Below, one piece after another: positions 15,677-19,053 of a stretch of DNA of 19,053 bases. Below the pieces are notes generated by a model. It worked only from the letters and a program-made list of their open reading frames with translations, was not told the DNA's origin and searched no databases. How positions within the stretch are numbered: position 1 is the first letter of the stretch; each line of letters opens with the position of its first letter. The stretch is from contig CAVQRT010000004.1 in NCBI GenBank assembly GCA_963715195.1, forward strand, positions 1 through 19,053, given 5' to 3'. This DNA is from Thermodesulfovibrionales bacterium. GTDB lineage: Bacteria > Nitrospirota > Thermodesulfovibrionia > Thermodesulfovibrionales > SM23-35. A program made the position numbers and the translations under genes.

Positions 15677-18600
15677 TTAGTGTTTCAATTTTCTCGCGAG
15701 ACACTCTGTTTTCTCCCGAGGGACTGATCCCTCATTCAGAGGGACAGGACTCTATGGCACCGTTTATAGATCGACAGGGCCTCCGCAGGTTTGCCCATCC
15801 GACTATAGCAATGCATCATACGCAAGTAAAACTCCTCAATCAGGTCGTCCGCTTCCAGACCCCTCTCATAGCATTCCAGAGCACGCACCAGTTCTTCCGC
15901 CTGCTCCAGGTAGCTTCCGCACCTCTTTATGATCCTGCGGAATTTACTCCTCAGCCGCTCCCTGATCGAAATCATCCACGGTTCATCTTCTCCGGCAAGG
16001 AACGGGCCGATATACATCCGATGGCTCTCAGGGAAAGCTCCATCCCTTCTTCAGCTGCACCCCGATCTCCCCTCTCCCAAAGAGAAAACGCCTCCCCCAG
16101 CATACGTTCAAAAGCCCAGACATCTACCCAGCAATACCGTGGATCGAGCATCGCCTTTCCTTCGTGGAACTCGATCGCCTTGTCTGCGCCTAATAAATAC
16201 CGGAGGCGCGAAAGGGTTGTTGTAAAAGCATTGGCGCGGCGTCACCCAGGGCTTCCGGCCAGAGGATGTCCGTCAGCCGCTCCCTCTGACACCTCCCTGC
16301 CTCCAAAGGCAATGAGGGCTTTGAGCAATGCCAGAGGCTTCTGCTGAATCTTCCCGGTAAATCGCATGGCCTCTCCGTCCTTTATAAGTCCGAACCGTCC
16401 CAGTGTATAAATCCTCAATTGCCAGGGCCAGCGGTCATCGACTGCATGACGGCTATCCGGGACCATTTGATTTATCCGTATGAGCTGTTTTGCATACTCT
16501 TCTTCAATATCATGATCGAGAGCTTCTGCCAGAATATGCTCCAGAACCCCGCCTGGCCACATGAAAAGATTCACAAACCCGTTTTTCTTCCCAATACGTA
16601 ATCCACTGCGAATCGCTTTTAAAGCACTTTCTTCTTTACCCTTCTGCAGATAAAAGTACGAATCACTCAGTAAACAGAGAAAGTCCGTGAATACGTTCTT
16701 CGTCTGGTTGCCAAGGGAGCGCGCCTTGGAGATGCACCTCAGTGCCTTTCTGGAATCTCCGGATGCGTGACTTATATATGCCTGCAAGATATTTGCTATG
16801 GTCAGAGTCCATGGGTTGCCGACTTCTCCATATAAATCCAGACACTGTTCAGCGTGCATTGCCGCGCGTGACAAATTCTTCTGATACAGGGCTGCCCATG
16901 ATGCACAATAGTGATAGAACCCTGCTTCCCACGGCTTTATCCTGCTCAACGCAGAAGCCATTTTTTGAAGGTACTCGTTCGCAAGAGAAAGATTTCCCTG
17001 TTTCAATGAGCTGAGCACCCCGTGCCCCAGCATCATGTATTCCATGACCTTGATGTGCAGGTTCCCGGCTGACTCGAGGCTATCGGAGATGACATGAAGG
17101 CACTCATCATACCTTGACATTGCATTAAAAAATGCAGCCTGCAGCCAAGCTATAGTCAATCGTGTTAAAGGGGGAACTTCATGTCGGTTAAGCAGATCAG
17201 TCAATTCGCCGAGGATAAGCTCCAGTCTGCGGAATTCTCCACAACTGTATGAATACTGCGCAAGGCTCGTCAGCGCTCCAATCTTCCGAGGCATGTCTCT
17301 GCTCTTTTCGGCAATGGAATGGATGCGCGGTAACCACTTCCCGGCATCAAAATACAAAGGCTTCCTGAGTGAAAGCACCCGAAACACGCTGCAGGTGACA
17401 TCAGCTTCGATATCACTGGATGGGAAGCCCTTGAATTCCGTGAGAAGCTTTTCAATGACCGGCAACCGCGTATCGAGCAGCTTCAGGCCCTGGTGTCCGA
17501 ACATAATCGCTTCAACAGTACCGGCCCAGGACAGAAAGGCCCCGCCTGCTTCCCCCTGCGCTGAAAAACGATCAAGTGCTTTTTCAAAAAAACTCTGGCT
17601 TTCGGCTGGATCAAATGGCAGGAGGCATACACCCTTCCAATAAAGCAGCCACGGATTGCTGAAGAGAGTATCTCCCGGGATGTTCTGGACCCAAGCAAAG
17701 AGGGTCTGATACCGGCCCTGTCTGACCATGGAGGGTGCCCATTTTTGAATGACAGAGATCATCTTCTCAACATTACCTGACTCTTTGAGAAGCTGCATGG
17801 CTTCTTCGACATAGCCGGTCCCTTCAAGAATTACTGCCGCGTCATGCTTCATAAGAGACAGAACGTTCCGGTCGAATGACGCCGCTGCCCTCGAGCGCAG
17901 GAATTGCCTGAAGAGCTGGTGATAACGATAGACAGGCTCATGCTGTGAGAATGTCTCTATAAAACAACATTCCTTTTGCAGGCTTTGCAGGATGCTTTCA
18001 GCGGCTTTCATTCCGGTCAGGCGTTCGGCTGCTTTCACCGTAAATGCCGAAAGGAAAGATGTCATGAGAAGAAATCTCTGGGTATCCCTGTCAGATGCGC
18101 GAAAAACTTCCCGGGCAAAATCAGTCAAAGACGCCTCTTGTTGAAAGCCTGTCAGACAACTTATCGTAATGAACATCTTTATACCCGATGCGTTTCAGGG
18201 AGAGCATCAGGCCTGCAATCCATCCAGCCGTCTTTTCGTATAAGGACTGAATATCCCCTTCATCGAGCCCTCCCGGCAACTTTCTTGCCACCAGGCTTTT
18301 GACTTCGTCGATCGTAAGCTTCATTGTATCCCATCCAATTACCTGTGCCTCATTGTACATATACATCTTGGAAAATGACGGTGGTGGCTCTTTCCTGCTT
18401 GCAATGACCACGTTTACCCCTTTGGGAATAACGGTAAAACCATGAGTGAGCATCTCATGGAACCGGGAACTCATTGGAATATTCTGGTAATTGTCAAATA
18501 CCAGGAAGAATGGAATGCTGGCCTTGTTAAAGAATGCTTCAAACCAGCGTCGTGCAAAAACAGCTACGCCATGCTCGTAATCAGGGGTGTAACGTGGCAG

Positions 18601-18888
18601 AGGAATCTTGTCCTCAGAAAAGAGGTGTTGTACGGCAAGGTGCATATAATGGAAGAAGGTTGCAATATCTCTGTCGCCCTTATCAACCGAAAACCACAGG
18701 CACGGAATTTTCCTTTTTTCAAGATAACTCGTTACGAGTGACGTCTTTCCAGAACCAGGCGGACTTATCATAAAGATAACCGGAAATTCTCTGGATCTGT
18801 CGATGACATCGAAAAGTCTTTTTCGGGGAAATATGCCGGTTGCATTCGGACGCGTTATTTTCGCGAATGGCTTGTTTTTTTGTTTCAT
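15677..18888 (-). CDS. MalT-like STAND ATPase regulator with a helical/TPR-like middle and C-terminal SARP-type wHTH + BTAD (multiply frameshifted)
   Basis: Walker A SPPGSGKT, Walker B LVFDNY, TAGWIAGL, restored VFDYFAREVF, YRYHQLFRQFL; then IYTLGRF...LTDILWPE...TTLSRLR...VDVWAFE...YIGPFL...LMMHCY-type BTAD, ending GISPSEKTECLARKLKH*. Merges 18121-18888, 16242-18176, intermediate frames and 15736-16017. Confidence 0.85.
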
Positions 18889-19053
18889 GTCTGTCTACAG
18901 AGCACAATAAATCGGCATTTTCAATCAGCACCAGGGTTTCAATGAAGTGCGGTTTATTTTAAAACATCCGTGTTACCACTTACCTCTAGGAATCTTGTGT
19001 TTGCGATAGTATCATTCAATCCGCACAGCACTACCGCAAGTCGAGTAGGGAGA

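Noticed and set aside
15574..16347. 257-aa + strand ORF
   Set aside because: Antisense to the BTAD region of the regulator and starts next to a REP.
6345..18176. Programmed frameshifting or phase variation as the cause of split genes
   Set aside because: Shifts are numerous, affect unrelated genes, and mostly lie outside long homopolymers or slippery heptamers.

Overview
Bacterial window. The repeat families and gene content suggest an anaerobic diderm such as Nitrospirota or Desulfobacterota (inference). It starts with the 3' end of a [NiFe]-hydrogenase large subunit and a hicBA toxin-antitoxin (TA) module bracketed by 36-bp inverted repeats. A long minus-strand cluster follows, in transcription order: MalT-like/BTAD regulator, vapBC, TMTC-like GT-C/TPR glycosyltransferase, large secreted 7-bladed propeller/BACON protein, secreted HExxH metalloprotease-like protein, small secreted protein, intrinsic terminator, Lnt-like protein lacking the catalytic Glu, outer-membrane beta-barrel, PDZ-multiTM-GAF class III adenylate cyclase, class II cNMP phosphodiesterase. 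Intergenic spaces carry at least 8 copies of a REP-like hairpin family with compensatory changes and nested insertions. Nearly every gene from 5.6 to 18.9 kb is broken by single-base indels that look like long-read errors, so split ORFs are merged here. The best candidate for an undescribed system is the envelope export/glycosylation plus cAMP source-sink cluster with its non-canonical Lnt.
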